Below, in pieces: positions 1 to 11,051 of a stretch of DNA of 64,000 nucleotides; the first letter of the stretch is position 1; each line of letters begins with the position of its first letter. The position numbers and the translations under genes were made by a program. Source of the stretch: Cyanophora paradoxa CCMP329 (Eukaryota; Plantae; Glaucophyta); NCBI GenBank assembly GCA_004431415.1, contig QPMI01000482.1:62001-126000 (forward strand), written 5' to 3'. The notes beneath the pieces were generated by a model that saw nothing but the letters and a program-made list of their open reading frames with translations, was not told the origin of the DNA and made no database searches.

Positions 1-1864
1 GCGCCTCTCCCGGGGCGGCTGCGGCTGCCTGCTCATGCGCGGCCGCGGCCTGCTCGAACTTGATGCCAGCGAAGCGGCCCCCGATCCGCACGCGCCTGCA
101 CGTGCACCCCGCGTCTCGCGCGTCACGCTCGCACGCTCCGCGGTTGAGGTATACGTAAATTCAAACTCGAACCGGGCTGCAGCCTCGCGGCGGACGTCGT
201 AGAGAATCTTGTACCCCCACGTTCGCCGGGACCGCTTCTCCCTGTAGCGCCGGACGGCCTCCTCCTGCGGGGCGCGGGGCGCGGTGAGGGAGGGGGGGCG
301 GGGGGAGGGGGGGCGGGCCGCGGGGCGGGCTCGGGAGCGGACGCGGGACCAGGGGGTGCCGTCGGAGTAGGCGGCGGGGGGCGCGGGTGCGGGGGCCTCG
401 CGCGCGTGGCCGTGGTCGAGGGCGAGGGCGAAGAGGGCGAGGGAGCCGGGCGGCGAGGAGGAGCAGGCGCCCCGCGCGGCGTCCCGGCCCCGGGCTCGCC
501 GCCCGCGAGCTCGACGAAGGCGGCCCGCTCAGCGCCCGCCGACCCCGCGGCGCTCGGGGGGCGCGGGTGGTGCGAGGGGCGCGCGGGGGCGGCCCCGAGG
601 AGGAAGAAGGGCGGCCCGGACGCCGTCTCGACCCACACGATCGGGCCCGCCCCCGCGCCGCACGCTTCCGGCTCCGGCTCCGCCGTCCAGAGGAGTGCCG
701 GCGCCGGGCCCGGGGCCTCGTGGGGGCCGAGGAAGGGCTGGGGTACCCGCAAAGCGGGTCGCGAGTGCCCCGGGCGGGAGCCCATAGGGGGTAGCGGGGA
801 GAGCACGCCGAGGACGCCGGGGTACGGCGACGGCGGCTCGTCGGGGGCGAACCCGTAGGCGTGGGTGACGGGACTGGCCGCCCCGCTGTCCCCCGGGGCT
901 CCTCCTGGGGCGGCGGTGCGTGGGCTGGAGCCGGCCGCGGGTCCCGGGGCGAGGCGCCGACCGCCGGGGGCGCGGGGCGGGGAGGGGGGAAGAGGGGAGG
1001 GGGAGGGGGCGGAGGGGGGGCGGGCGCTGGCGGCGATTGCGAGCTGGTGGAAGGGGCGGGGGAGGGGGCCGAGGGCGCGCAGCAGCTCGTCGCCTTCGAG
1101 GCGCCTCCCGGCGTCGCCGTCGGGGGCGCTGCAGCTGGCGGACGGGGCGATTGCATCGGGGATCTGGACGGTGGGCAGGAGCCCGGGGGGGATCCAGGCG
1201 CGCTCCGCATCGGGGGCCGGGAGGGGCGGCGCCGGCGGGAGCTCGGAGGCGGGGCGGAAGTCGAAGGGGCGCTGCGCCCCCGGCTGGGGCTCGCCCCGTC
1301 GATGTGGGGGGGGCGGAGGAGGTCGCGATCGTCGCCGCCGGGCTCGGGGCGGCCTGCGGGGCCGGCGCGCGCCCTCCGAGGTGAGAGGAAGCTCGAGGCA
1401 CGCGCACATCATATGTATATGCTTCATCAAGGGGAAGGGGGGGGGAAGGGAGGGGGGGGGAGCGGGTGAGAGGGGGTGGGGGTGGGGGGGGGGGGGGGGG
1501 GGGGGGGTCTCACCGGGAGGAGACTTGCGGGGATTGAGCGGACGATGAGTCGGGCGAGCCCCGCACCCGGCGCCGCCGGCGGGCCGGGGCCTCCGGCGGT
1601 GGAGAGGGGCCTGGGGCGCCTATCCGCTGCGAGGGGGCGGAAGAGGCCGGTGAGGTATGAGCACGACAGAGCGCTGGCTGTCGAGGTCGGCGCCGGGGCA
1701 GACGGCCCCGCAGCTGCGGCCCGTATGGCTTCAAATGCTTGTGCAGGCAAGGATTCCAACTCTGCTTTCACGGAAGCCGCCGAAGGCTGCGGCTGCGATC
1801 TGTGCGATTCTCCAGAGGAGGTCACGCCCGTCGAAATGTTAACGCATCCTAGACCTCTGGACAT
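1..1864 (-). CDS. CCT-motif (CONSTANS/CO-like/TOC1) protein, multi-exon, 3' end runs off the window
   Basis: Spliced minus-strand reading across ~265-60 gives EEAVRRYREKRSRRTWGYKILYDVRREAAAR|RVRIGGRFAG, which matches the CCT consensus (RYREKR..R.F.K.IRY..RK..A..RPR.KGRF). The start (ATG ~1864, MSRGLGC) is tentative. No B-box or receiver domain is recognisable. Confidence 0.8.
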
Positions 1865-2789
1865 CGTTGGGCGCCGCCCAGCGCTTGGCGACGGGTGCAC
1901 AGCCGCGGGCGGCTCGCGACCGAGTTACAACGAAAACGTTTGTCTGCGTCGTGAATATCAATTCCAGTGCAAATGCATAAAAATGCATACGACCTCGCAG
2001 ACCCTGGAAGCTGCTGCAGTTCGTCGGATGCCTGCAGCTGAAAAATGCTTCTACAGAGCTCGAGCTAGCTCATATAGGAAAATTCGAAATAAAGATGCCA
2101 TTGTGAGCGCGCTCAGCCGACACTTCCTAGCGTACGCGTAGCACGTGTACAAATTGACAGAGCGCTTCAGAAGTCTCCAGTCCGTGTGTGCCTCTGAGAC
2201 GGGCCTTCCCCCTGGCTACGGCCGGGCCTGCGACGATGTACATACGCGTGTCATTGGCGTTGCGCAGGGATTGGCATCGATCATCGGTGACGCGCGCGAG
2301 CCCGCCGCGCCCATCCAAAAAACTCACCGAGACAGCTGCAGGCGCATGCATATGATGCAATATTTTTTAATGACCGATGATCCGCCGCGGCGGCGCCCCG
2401 GGCGCGGTGATCCGCATCATGACATGCGCAATGGCTGATCCGATCAGCTGCAGGCTGCAGCCTGCAGGTTGCAGATCTAGAGGCTGCAGCGATAGCGCCG
2501 ATCATAGCGGGCGCGGGCCGCGCGGAGCCGGAGCTAGCGCTGCAGGCTGCAGCTGCGGAGGCGCGGCCGCCGGCCAGTTGTACATGTCGCAGTACTATAG
2601 CTAGTGCGCTGCAGCTGCCGCAGGCCACTATAGCTACTTAGCTATAGGCCTGCCGGGAAGCTGGATCCGGAAGTTGGAAGTTGGAACTAGTGATGCGACT
2701 ACAAACCTCAGGCTGTTCAAGTGTTTAATATTGCGCTAGAAACTGCACTAGATGAGTCTAGATCCTCAGTGACTGCAGCTGTGACTCTG

Positions 2790-3185
2790 ACATCGGAGCC
2801 GATTCGGATCCGGAGAATTCCCGGAGTCCGAGCCTCGGAGAAGTTCGGGTCCTCAGGGCCGGCGCGGCGCGGCGGCGCCGCGCCGGCCGCGGCGCCGGCG
2901 GCGCCCATGCCATGATGCAGCCTGGCAGCCTGCCAGGCTCGAGCGCTAGCTCGCCGGCTCGGTCCGACGGTCCTCGGAGTCTCGGACTCGGCTCGGAGGC
3001 GCCGGCTCCGAGCCTCGGACAGAGTCGGACTCTCGCGGACTCTCGGATTGGAATTCGAAATTGACTCGGAAAAGACTCGGAAATTAGTCGGAATTGTTCG
3101 GGAACCGAACTTGTTCGGATTTCGAATTTCGCGTTGATTTTTTATGATCATGATTTAAATCACGAGTCATTTTTCGTCGGACCCA
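2790..3185. repeat. Array of short GACTCGGA/TCCGAG motifs in both orientations, probable decayed transposon subterminal repeats
   Basis: Many copies of (ga)ctcgga/tccgag between 2790 and 3185. Related motifs recur at ~10120-10200. No TIR/TSD pair could be defined. Confidence 0.4.
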
Positions 3186-3220
3186 TCTGTATATGTATAC
3201 GTATATGAACTTTTATGAAG

Positions 3221-3538
3221 TACCGTAGAACACATAAATACCGCGCCCACTTATAATTACGTATATACCGCGGTACCGTACCAAATTACCGCGCCAAAAG
3301 TTTGTTAAAACGCGGTAATTTGGGACCGCGGTAATTACCTGCTGAGAGGTCGCCCTATACAGTACCCCCTCAACACTACCGCCCCATACAACTTGAATCA
3401 GTTACTTGATACAAGCCTCAAATTTCTAAAACGCGGTAATTTGCTCTATGGCGGGCGCCGGGCCGCCGGCCAGGTTTTAAAACGCGGTAATTTATGCCGA
3501 GGTAATTTAGTGCCCGACGCCGGCCGGGCCGACGGTAT
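3221..3538. mobile_element. Degenerate MITE-like element with imperfect TIRs (TA-CCGT...ACGG-TA), Tc1/mariner/pogo-like
   Basis: Left end taccgtagaacacataaataccgcg resembles the reverse complement of the right end gaggtaatttagtgcccgacg..acggta. CGCGGTAATT/AATTACCGCG repeats occur internally. Confidence 0.4.
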
Positions 3539-4009
3539 ATATATTATGAACGGAGTGGCGCCGCCGGCCCGCCGGCGCCGGCGCCGCGCGCGGGCCGCGG
3601 CGCGGCACGTTTGGCCCTACCCCCTAAGAATCGCCGTGGCTCAAAATTGCCGAATTCGGCTTCTCGGCAATTTACGGCAATTTAAAACATCGGCTAAAAA
3701 AGCATTCCTATAGCTACAGTAGGCGGGCCGCGGGCCAGGCCCCAGCCGCCTAGCCTAGTAGGCTGGGGCCGCTGCAGCGCTAGCTGGCCCAGTGGGCGGC
3801 CTAGCTGGGCCGGGTGGGCCGGGCGGGGACCGTGGGCCCCCTCAGGGCCTACCCGCACTGGTCCCGCAGTACCCGGCCTAGAGGCTGGCGCCCGGCAGGC
3901 AGTGGCAGGCTCTCGAGTCTGGCAGCTGCAGCCTGCAGGCCGGGCTGGCCAGCCTGGCAGTGGGCCCGCTGGGGCCCTGGGGGGCCACCCGGTGATCATG
4001 AGTCGGCGG

Positions 4010-4565
4010 TAGGGTTGCCGCGCTTGAGTTCAAGTGCACTTGAACTCAAGCGTTCAACTTGAGTTCAAGTTTTAGTTCAAGCCGCGCGCCCGCTTGAACT
4101 CAAGCTTGAACGGAGACACCCCGGGTTCGAATCCCCGTGGCAGAACCACCAATTCTAGGACAAAACCCCCTTAAATTTTAAAACGATGTCAGATGTGCAT
4201 AAAAGATACTTTCATCGTCTATAAATTAAAGCTTCTCTGCATTCAAAAAGACCGTCAAACTGCCCGTTTCGAGGCTGGGCCTCCCTCAGGAAGCCTTACG
4301 TTATACCTCCCCTCGGGATGTCGACTGCACTTTATAATAATTATAATTACTGACTGAAAATCGTATGTCTAGCGATGAAAATCGGTAAGAAAGGCACTCT
4401 GTCACATCTGTAACGCGTTTGAGATCGAATTGGTGTCTGTTTCCTCATCTTTAGGGGGCGCTCTCGTGGACTTGATCATGAACTCAAGGGCTTGAACGCT
4501 TGAGTTCAAGCGCCGTTCAAGTTCAAGCCGGGGTGGCTTGAACTCAAGCTTGAACGGCAACCCTA
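4010..4565. mobile_element. Non-autonomous hAT-superfamily DNA transposon (556 bp)
   Basis: Perfect 11-bp TIRs TAGGGTTGCCG (4010-4020) and CGGCAACCCTA (4555-4565), flanked by an identical 8-bp TSD GTCGGCGG (4002-4009, 4566-4573). Dense CTTGAACTCAAG/TTCAAG subterminal repeats lie at both ends. No transposase ORF. An 8-bp TSD with a TAGGG start is characteristic of hAT. Confidence 0.9.
4112..4148 (+). other. tRNA 3'-half-like fragment (B-box/T-loop + CCA) inside the hAT element
   Basis: ggagacaccCCGGGTTCGAATCCCCGtggcagaaCCA: T-arm consensus GGTTCGAATCCC followed by 7+1 nt and CCA. No 5' half is detectable. Confidence 0.4.
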
Positions 4566-7500
4566 GTCGGCGGTGACCTGGGCCAGTGCACGTGGGGCCG
4601 TACTGTACATGTGGGCCAGTCTGTGGCCCGTCTGTAGGGGCCTGGCCCCGCCTGGGGCGGCCGCGGGCAGACTCGCGCGCCGGCACGCGGCAGTGGCCCG
4701 GTGGGGCCCCCTATGTCATGACTCAGTGACGGCCTGCCAAAGGCTGCCATCAGTGAGAGACTGAGAGTCTACCTATGGCCAATGAGCACGCGTGAACAAA
4801 CGAAGCCCTTGAAGCCAATTGCAAGCTTAAGGCTGCCAGTTGCAACTTGCAAGTACAAGTAAGTAACCACCAACACGATGAAAGCTTTGTCCGACGGTCT
4901 TTCTTAAGCTTGAACATGTAACTTACCGTATACGTAGTGCTGGACCACTGCTGGTTATGATGTATTTGTTTTTGGTGAATTACCGGCCACAGTCTCTGAT
5001 GTAAGATCATGTAACCTTTTTTTCGGAGAATTCGAATTACCGGCCACAGTCTCTACTTACTGACTCTCTAGACACCAGCACTGCGGGGGCTGCCCAGGCC
5101 AAGGGGGCACGTGAACAGATCTTGAGACAAAAGAAGCAAATTAAAGTAACTAAGACAAGAGCACGAAGAAAGACAAGACAAATTAAAGAGCCAAAATCGA
5201 CAATAAAAAAGGAAACTGTCTCGACACAGAGCTCGAGACAGATCGAGAAGAGACGATCATCGGATAAGTGAACCAGACCGAGCAGATCTAAGGACAGAAG
5301 ATGACAGACACGATCGCGAAGAAGAGCTAGAGCTAGAGATACCATCAACATCTGAAGGAACCACATCACTAACGTTTAACAAGCGGATCCGGAGGACAGA
5401 ATTAAAAAAGATAAATCACAGGAAGCAGGCAGGTAAGAGGAACAACAAGCTTTAAGACGACGTGGAGGCTGATCATGAGGCGAAGCAGGACGATGCGAAA
5501 GGGCAGAGCTACGGCGCGAGGAGGACACAGAAGGCGGATTGATATCATGATCAGGCGGATGAAGAGCAGGCAAAAGGACAGTCAAAGGAATCACTAAAGC
5601 CGGCCGGGGTCGAGGCGGGCAGTCGAACTGCAAACGTTACTACTAAGTTAACGGGGACGGGGACAAGGCGCCGGGAACCCCCACTTAGCATCGGGCATTT
5701 GAGCGTGGCTAGACACATCGCGAAGTCGCTGGACCTCGCGAGGCAGTAGAAGCGACGAACAGATGATCATGAGAGGCGGAGAGGGAGCATAGAGCAAACG
5801 TGAATTCGAACGCAAGATTAATATTATCATGATCAAGAGTAAGCTTAAGAAAAGCAGAGGGGCCTGCACCTGCACTGCTGAATTCGAACGTGCAGCGGGA
5901 GCAAACAAGACAGAATTGAATTGGAGGATAGGCCCTCAGGGTGGGAAGCCGCAGGGCGGCAAGGAACACGCGGCACGTAATCCAGCACCTGCGGACTTAT
6001 CTGGCAATCGCGAACGGGGAAGCTTAAGGCGACAAAAGTACGTATACGTATACCGCTCGGGCCCCGGAGAAGAGCAACCGAGGCGTCCGGTACCGGTCCA
6101 GACCACCAGAGATGCATATGCTGATCATGAGGTGGCGGGGCAGGGGCCTCGAGGACCTGGCGCCAGGCTGCCGGGACCCCGGAGCACAGACGAGGAAAAA
6201 AGGAATGGAGGGCGGAGGAGGCAGCTGCTGGAGTCCGGAACCTCCGGGTGGCACAATCCCAGATATGGCAGACCCGCAGCAAGCCAGACCGTACGCGTGC
6301 ACAGCGATTCCAGTCGACCTCGGCACCCGGAGCATCGAACAGAGGATCAAAGAAAAGCTTAAGGGGTTGGGATAACACTTTGAGAGATGTACGAGGTTGA
6401 CACACGCCCTGGCGCTGAGCCCACTCCGAGAAAGCCTGCTTCCAAATAGGAGGCAAGTCAAGACCGTCAAGTGGGAGACGAAGCGAGATAAGGGCGGGGC
6501 TGTAGGAAAAGGGCGCCAGCTGAGCGTCCAGTTTGCTCAAGAGGCTTTTCTTGCCATGCAGAATATTGAGCATCAGGGGGGTCAAGCAAATTAAATACAG
6601 AGCATAATGTAGGGATCCCGGATCCAATAAAAACCGCCCAGGCGAGGAGAACGCCGGAGCGCATCGGCATGCGATAGGTTTTCGCTTGCTGCACACGAAT
6701 ATCAAGAGCAGCATTTTTCTTACGCCAGAACCTCGACGCCAGGCCGCATGCGCAGGAATATCGCGGAGCGGGAGAAGGTTAGACTTCTCGAGATTAATAA
6801 GAGCACCAGACAGCCGGCAATATTTATCAAAGCACTCTTTCCAGAAGGGCAGTTCGGCAACATGTACAGAAGAAATTGAAGGAACAGTATCGTCTGCAAA
6901 CTGGAGCACCTTACATAGAGAGTTATAATTATAAATTATAAGAAAGGCGGACACACGAGCTCGTATACGCACGTGCACGTCAATTGCAACATTAATCCGA
7001 TGATCAGAAGGACTAAAAGGTGCGTGCACAGATTATATAAACAGGGCGACAGGGAGCCACCCTGACGCACACCGCATCGAATGGGGAAACGGGCCGAGGT
7101 CCAGCCGTTAATGTGAACAGAGCGAGCCCTGCAGATCAGAGTAGAGCAAGCTAACCCACCTGATAAACTGAGATCCAAAACCGAACTGTTCAAGCTGCAG
7201 TTAACGCGGTCATAAGCTTTTGAAAGATCGAGAAATCCGAAGCACAGTTGTTCAAGCTCAGGATTACCGCCCTCGACGTCGTAATGCATGCGCATTAGGA
7301 GATAAACGAGCATAACCTGGTGCACTGTGGAGCGACGATGAATAAAGCCAGATTGAAAGCGGGATACAAGGCCAAGGCCATGGCCAGATGGTAAGGGCGC
7401 GTTCGATTGTACGCTCCTCAACATTAGAGAAGGAAATGGGCGGTGATTGGCAATCAAAGTAGGGTCCGTCGCCGGCTAGCGCTTAGACTCGGAAGCCTCA

Positions 7501-8559
7501 GCGGCCTGTCCCGTACATAGCAGTGATATAAGCACAGAAGTCGGGGCCAATTTCATCAAAAAAGGGAACGTAAAATTCAGCAGGGAGATCTATATAGCTA
7601 GACCATCGACGCCAGGAGACTCGGCTCCGCGGCCGCCAGACATCTAGATCTCTTTAAAAAAGCGAAGCAGCTCTCCAGGCGAGAGGTCAGATTCAAGATC
7701 AGCGGACTCAGTAGGTAGCAGGCGGTGAGGGGAATAGAGAGAGGCAACTTCAGACCGCTAAGGCAGCGACTGATCGACCGCGGCTTGAGCTGCGGCAAGC
7801 AAAGTACGGGGATCGTCCGACGCGGCCTCCGGACCGTCGGTCTCGGGAGTCCGAAGCCCCTCGGTGAGCTGAGCGTGAGAATCTGCAGCTGGTAAATAGT
7901 ACTAGTGTTCAAAGAAGGCTAAATTTACTAGACCGCCCATCTTGAGCCGCGGCGAATCGAATTTTGTTACGTATACGGGAGTGCTGTCTGGAATAATCAG
8001 ATACGAGTAAATTCAAGTTGCGCATCATAGAGGTGCGCAGTGTACGGAAAGCGGCATCATCCAGAGAGCCAGCAGAGTGGCAACGGATCGTCTCCGGATG
8101 AGAGCCTCGAGAGCGCCAGCTGCGATATTGCAAGGGGGGTACCCCCTCCCTTGCTCCCCTGGTGAATTGGTGCGGCGTACTTTCTGTGTTAGCAATTTTT
8201 GTAAGATGAGATTCTTTGCATGCGCTCTCGTATAGGTGTGATCGCATCGATATCGTAGCCGCTGCGAGCGGCAGAAAAAAATGCAGGGGCGGGGCTGCGC
8301 AAACATGGCGACGTCGCGCCTCACCTGCTATCGCTATATGCGCCAGACCAAGTGCTCCTGAATCCTCACAATGCGCTCTACAAACTCTGTCATAGATGCC
8401 TGGGCTCGAGAAGCGGCCTGTGGCGCGCTAGGCCGCCTCAAGTACCTGTTGTATACGTACCGAGCGCCGGAAATTTGAGTTTGAGTTTTTGTTGGGTACA
8501 ACAAACATCACCTTTGCACATGGCACGGCGCGGCGCCGGCGGGCGAGAGCTCGGTTCCG

Positions 8560-8860
8560 CGCGCGGAGTAGAAGAAGATGAGTGTCCTCTCCAGCCATCC
8601 CGGCTGCCATCCCGGCGGCAAATGCACTAGCTGCGGGAAGCACTGTAGGCGACAACCTGTAGGCGCCCGCTATAGCTACGCAGCGTTCCGGTGCGCGCCC
8701 CGATAGCTGCGGTCTCGGGCCGCGCGGCCGGCGCCGCGGCGTTAACGTTTCGCCCACGTGCACGCTCTGCAGCTGACGGCGCGCGGAGTAGAAGAAGATG
8801 AGTATCAGCTCTGTCCATCCTGGCGGCAAATGCAGTCTCTGCGGGAAGCAGTTTGCTCGC
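8560..8860. repeat. Two diverged direct copies of an ~80-bp unit within the LINE
   Basis: gcgcggagtagaagaagatgagt...ccatcc(c/t)ggcggcaaatgca...ctgcgggaagca at ~8561-8645 and ~8781-8852. Confidence 0.8.
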
Positions 8861-9029
8861 CCCAAGCGCAGTTTCGACGGGCTTGTTTGAAGGGGGCGCG
8901 TATTGACGTCGACCCGCCCACGCCCACACGCGTATGCGTGGCTTGACCCGCGGCCGGCGCTCCGTAGCAGAGGGTGGCGGCGTCGCAGTATTCGCAGCTG
9001 CTCCTAGTACGCCGCGCCGGGCTAGTCCC

Positions 9030-9570
9030 CGCCCCCTCGCCGCGGCTGTCCGGGGCGAGCTGACGCCTCGGCTCTGCGCAGGCTATGCGCAGGGCCCGGC
9101 GCCACCTGCCGCTCCGCCCGCTTCCTCGCCCACCGCCCCGCCGGCTGCTTCAGCTTCGTCGACTCCAGGTTCGCCCCGCCGCTGCTGCTGCGCACCTTAC
9201 GCGGCCGCCGCCGCTGGGCCTCGCCTCCGGGCCGCGGCTCTCCGGGGCGCGCTGACGCCTCGGCCCTGCCCAGGCTATGCGCGGTGCCCGGCGCCACCTG
9301 CCGCTCCGCCCGCTTCCTCGCCCGCCGCCCCGCCGGCTGCTTCAGCTTCGTCGACTAGTACTCCAGGTTCGCCCCGCTGCTGCTGCTGTGCACCTGACCC
9401 GGCCTCCCCAACTGGGCCCGGCGGCCCCGCGCGCCCCCTCACGGCCGCGCGCTGTCCGGGGCGAGCTGACGCCTCGGCTTTTTTCTCCCCATGCGCAGGC
9501 TATGCAGAGGGCCCGGCGCCACCTGCCTCCCCGCCCGCATCCCCGCCCGCCGCCCCACCGGCTGCCCGCC
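9030..9570. repeat. Three tandem ~190-bp units in the 5' part of the LINE
   Basis: ccggggcg(a/c)gctgacgcctcggc...caggctatgc...gcccggcgccacctgcc recurs at ~9050, ~9242 and ~9456. The first two units also share gctgcttcagcttcgtcgact..ccaggttcgccccgc. Confidence 0.85.
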
Positions 9571-10392
9571 AGCCTGGTGCCGCCGCCCGCGTCGCCACCC
9601 CACCCATCCGCCTCGCCACCCCGGGCCCCACCCGCCCGCCTCGCCACAACGCCCGCCTCGCCCGGCCCGGCCGCCAGCCTTGCCTCTCTGCCTCCCCCCC
9701 CCCCCCCCCCCCCCCGCTCCCCAAGTACCCTGCAATGTGTACAAGTACCCCCCCTTGCACCTCCGCGCGCGGCCCGCACTTGCTGCACTTGCACAGGGCC
9801 GGGCGCGGTCTGCTAGTAAGCGTCCTTCTGCCTGCGCTTCTTTCCAAGCTCCCAGGCCCGTACGCGACGCTGGAGCTCGGATTTGAGGGAACTTCATGTA
9901 AGCGGCAGTGAGCGCCGCCTGTAACTTGCTGGCTGTAAGCCTCTTCCGGTAGATCTGTCGACGTCGCGCGTGATCGGCGGTCCCGACTCCCGACTCCCGA
10001 GTCCCGATCGCAAGTCCCGACGGGGGACGGCCGCGAACGTACCTGTCACAGTGTCGTCGCGCCCTCTGCGGGCCGCAATTTAGGCCAGCAATTGAAGTGC
10101 CAGTACTAGTATTGCGTTCGCGACTCAGTGACTCGGAGTCGCGACTCGCGAGTCGCGAACTTCGGAATCGCAATCGGACCCGGGAGCCAGAGTCGGAGCC
10201 TCGTAGGCTACTAGTACCGTAGTAGCACGCTAGGAGTACCAGTAGTTTCGGGGCCTCTTCGTTGAATTTGAATCAGCTGAATCTTCTTTTGATAAAGAAT
10301 CATCATGATCACCATTCTTGAACGAATTTGAACCTCGCGATCGGTATCGATCGCAAGAAGAAATTTAAATGAAGTTAAGGCGATATATTCTC

Positions 10393-10510
10393 TTTTGTTT
10401 TTGGAAAATTATAATCACCGGCCAGTCTCTGCTAGCCTAGTAGACTCTAGATCTCTAGACAGTAGTAGACACCAGCACTGCGGGGGCGCCGGGCTGCCCA
10501 GGGGGCGGCA
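10393..10510 (-). mobile_element. Short 5'-truncated second copy of the same LINE 3' end
   Basis: ttttgtttttgg..aat..accggcc(ac)agtctct...ctctagac..accagcactgcggggg..gctgccca matches 5017-5097 in the same orientation. A third, ~35-bp copy lies at ~4965-4997. Confidence 0.75.
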
Positions 10511-11051
10511 GGGGGCGGCACAGGGAAAACTAGCTGAAGCGAGATTCTCACTCGGGGACGGCCGGCGCGGCGAGGGCCTGCATGCACTGGCCTGCAGCTG
10601 GACTCTGGCCAGCCTGGCAGATCTATATCGATATCTAGCTATAGATATATATAGATCTTCGAGAGGCTATATGCATGGTAACAGTCGTCGCACACATTAA
10701 ACATGCATGCATGCGCACATTCGGAAGGTCATATGCATGTGCACATTCATGCGCACATGCATGCATGCGCACATTCGTGCGCGAAAGTCTGCGAATTCGG
10801 AAGGTCTAGGCAACGTAAATTAAACGTGTACATGTGCGCCTACAGAACGCCCGGCGGCCGGGGCAGGGGACGGCAGCCTGTGGCCCTGTGGGACTTGGAA
10901 GCGCTGCTGTCGACGTCAGCTGGGGCGAGCTTCAGGGCGTCGCGATCGACGTCGCCCCCGCCGAGCCTCGGAGGCGAGATCACTGAAGGCGGCAGCGAGG
11001 GCGCAGAGAGGCTGCCGGTGCCGCCCAGTTGGCGGCGGCCGGCGCCGCGAG

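Larger units (their letters stand above)
5017..10390 (-). mobile_element. Decayed non-LTR retrotransposon (L1/Tx1-like LINE), pseudogenised
   Basis: Frameshifted RT motifs on the minus strand: FLDLSKAYDRVN (~7240-7200), INGWTSARFPIRCGVRQGGSLSPCLY (~7110-7035), LQFADDT (~6900), LSGALINLEKS (~6800). A remnant zf-RVT ..LQFDCP lies at ~5630, and the 3' end has an A-tail (T-run at 5017-5023 on plus). The 5' boundary and any endonuclease/ORF1 remnants (~7600-9900) are uncertain. Confidence 0.8.

Noticed and set aside
4080-4150. Complete tRNA gene
   Set aside because: No A-box/D-arm, anticodon arm or 5' acceptor strand is present; upstream sequence is transposon subterminal repeat.
5017-10510. LTR pair or very long TSD flanking the retroelement
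   Set aside because: The repeats lack TG..CA ends, carry an A-tail-like run, occur three times, and the RT motifs are non-LTR type. They are better explained as repeated LINE 3' ends.
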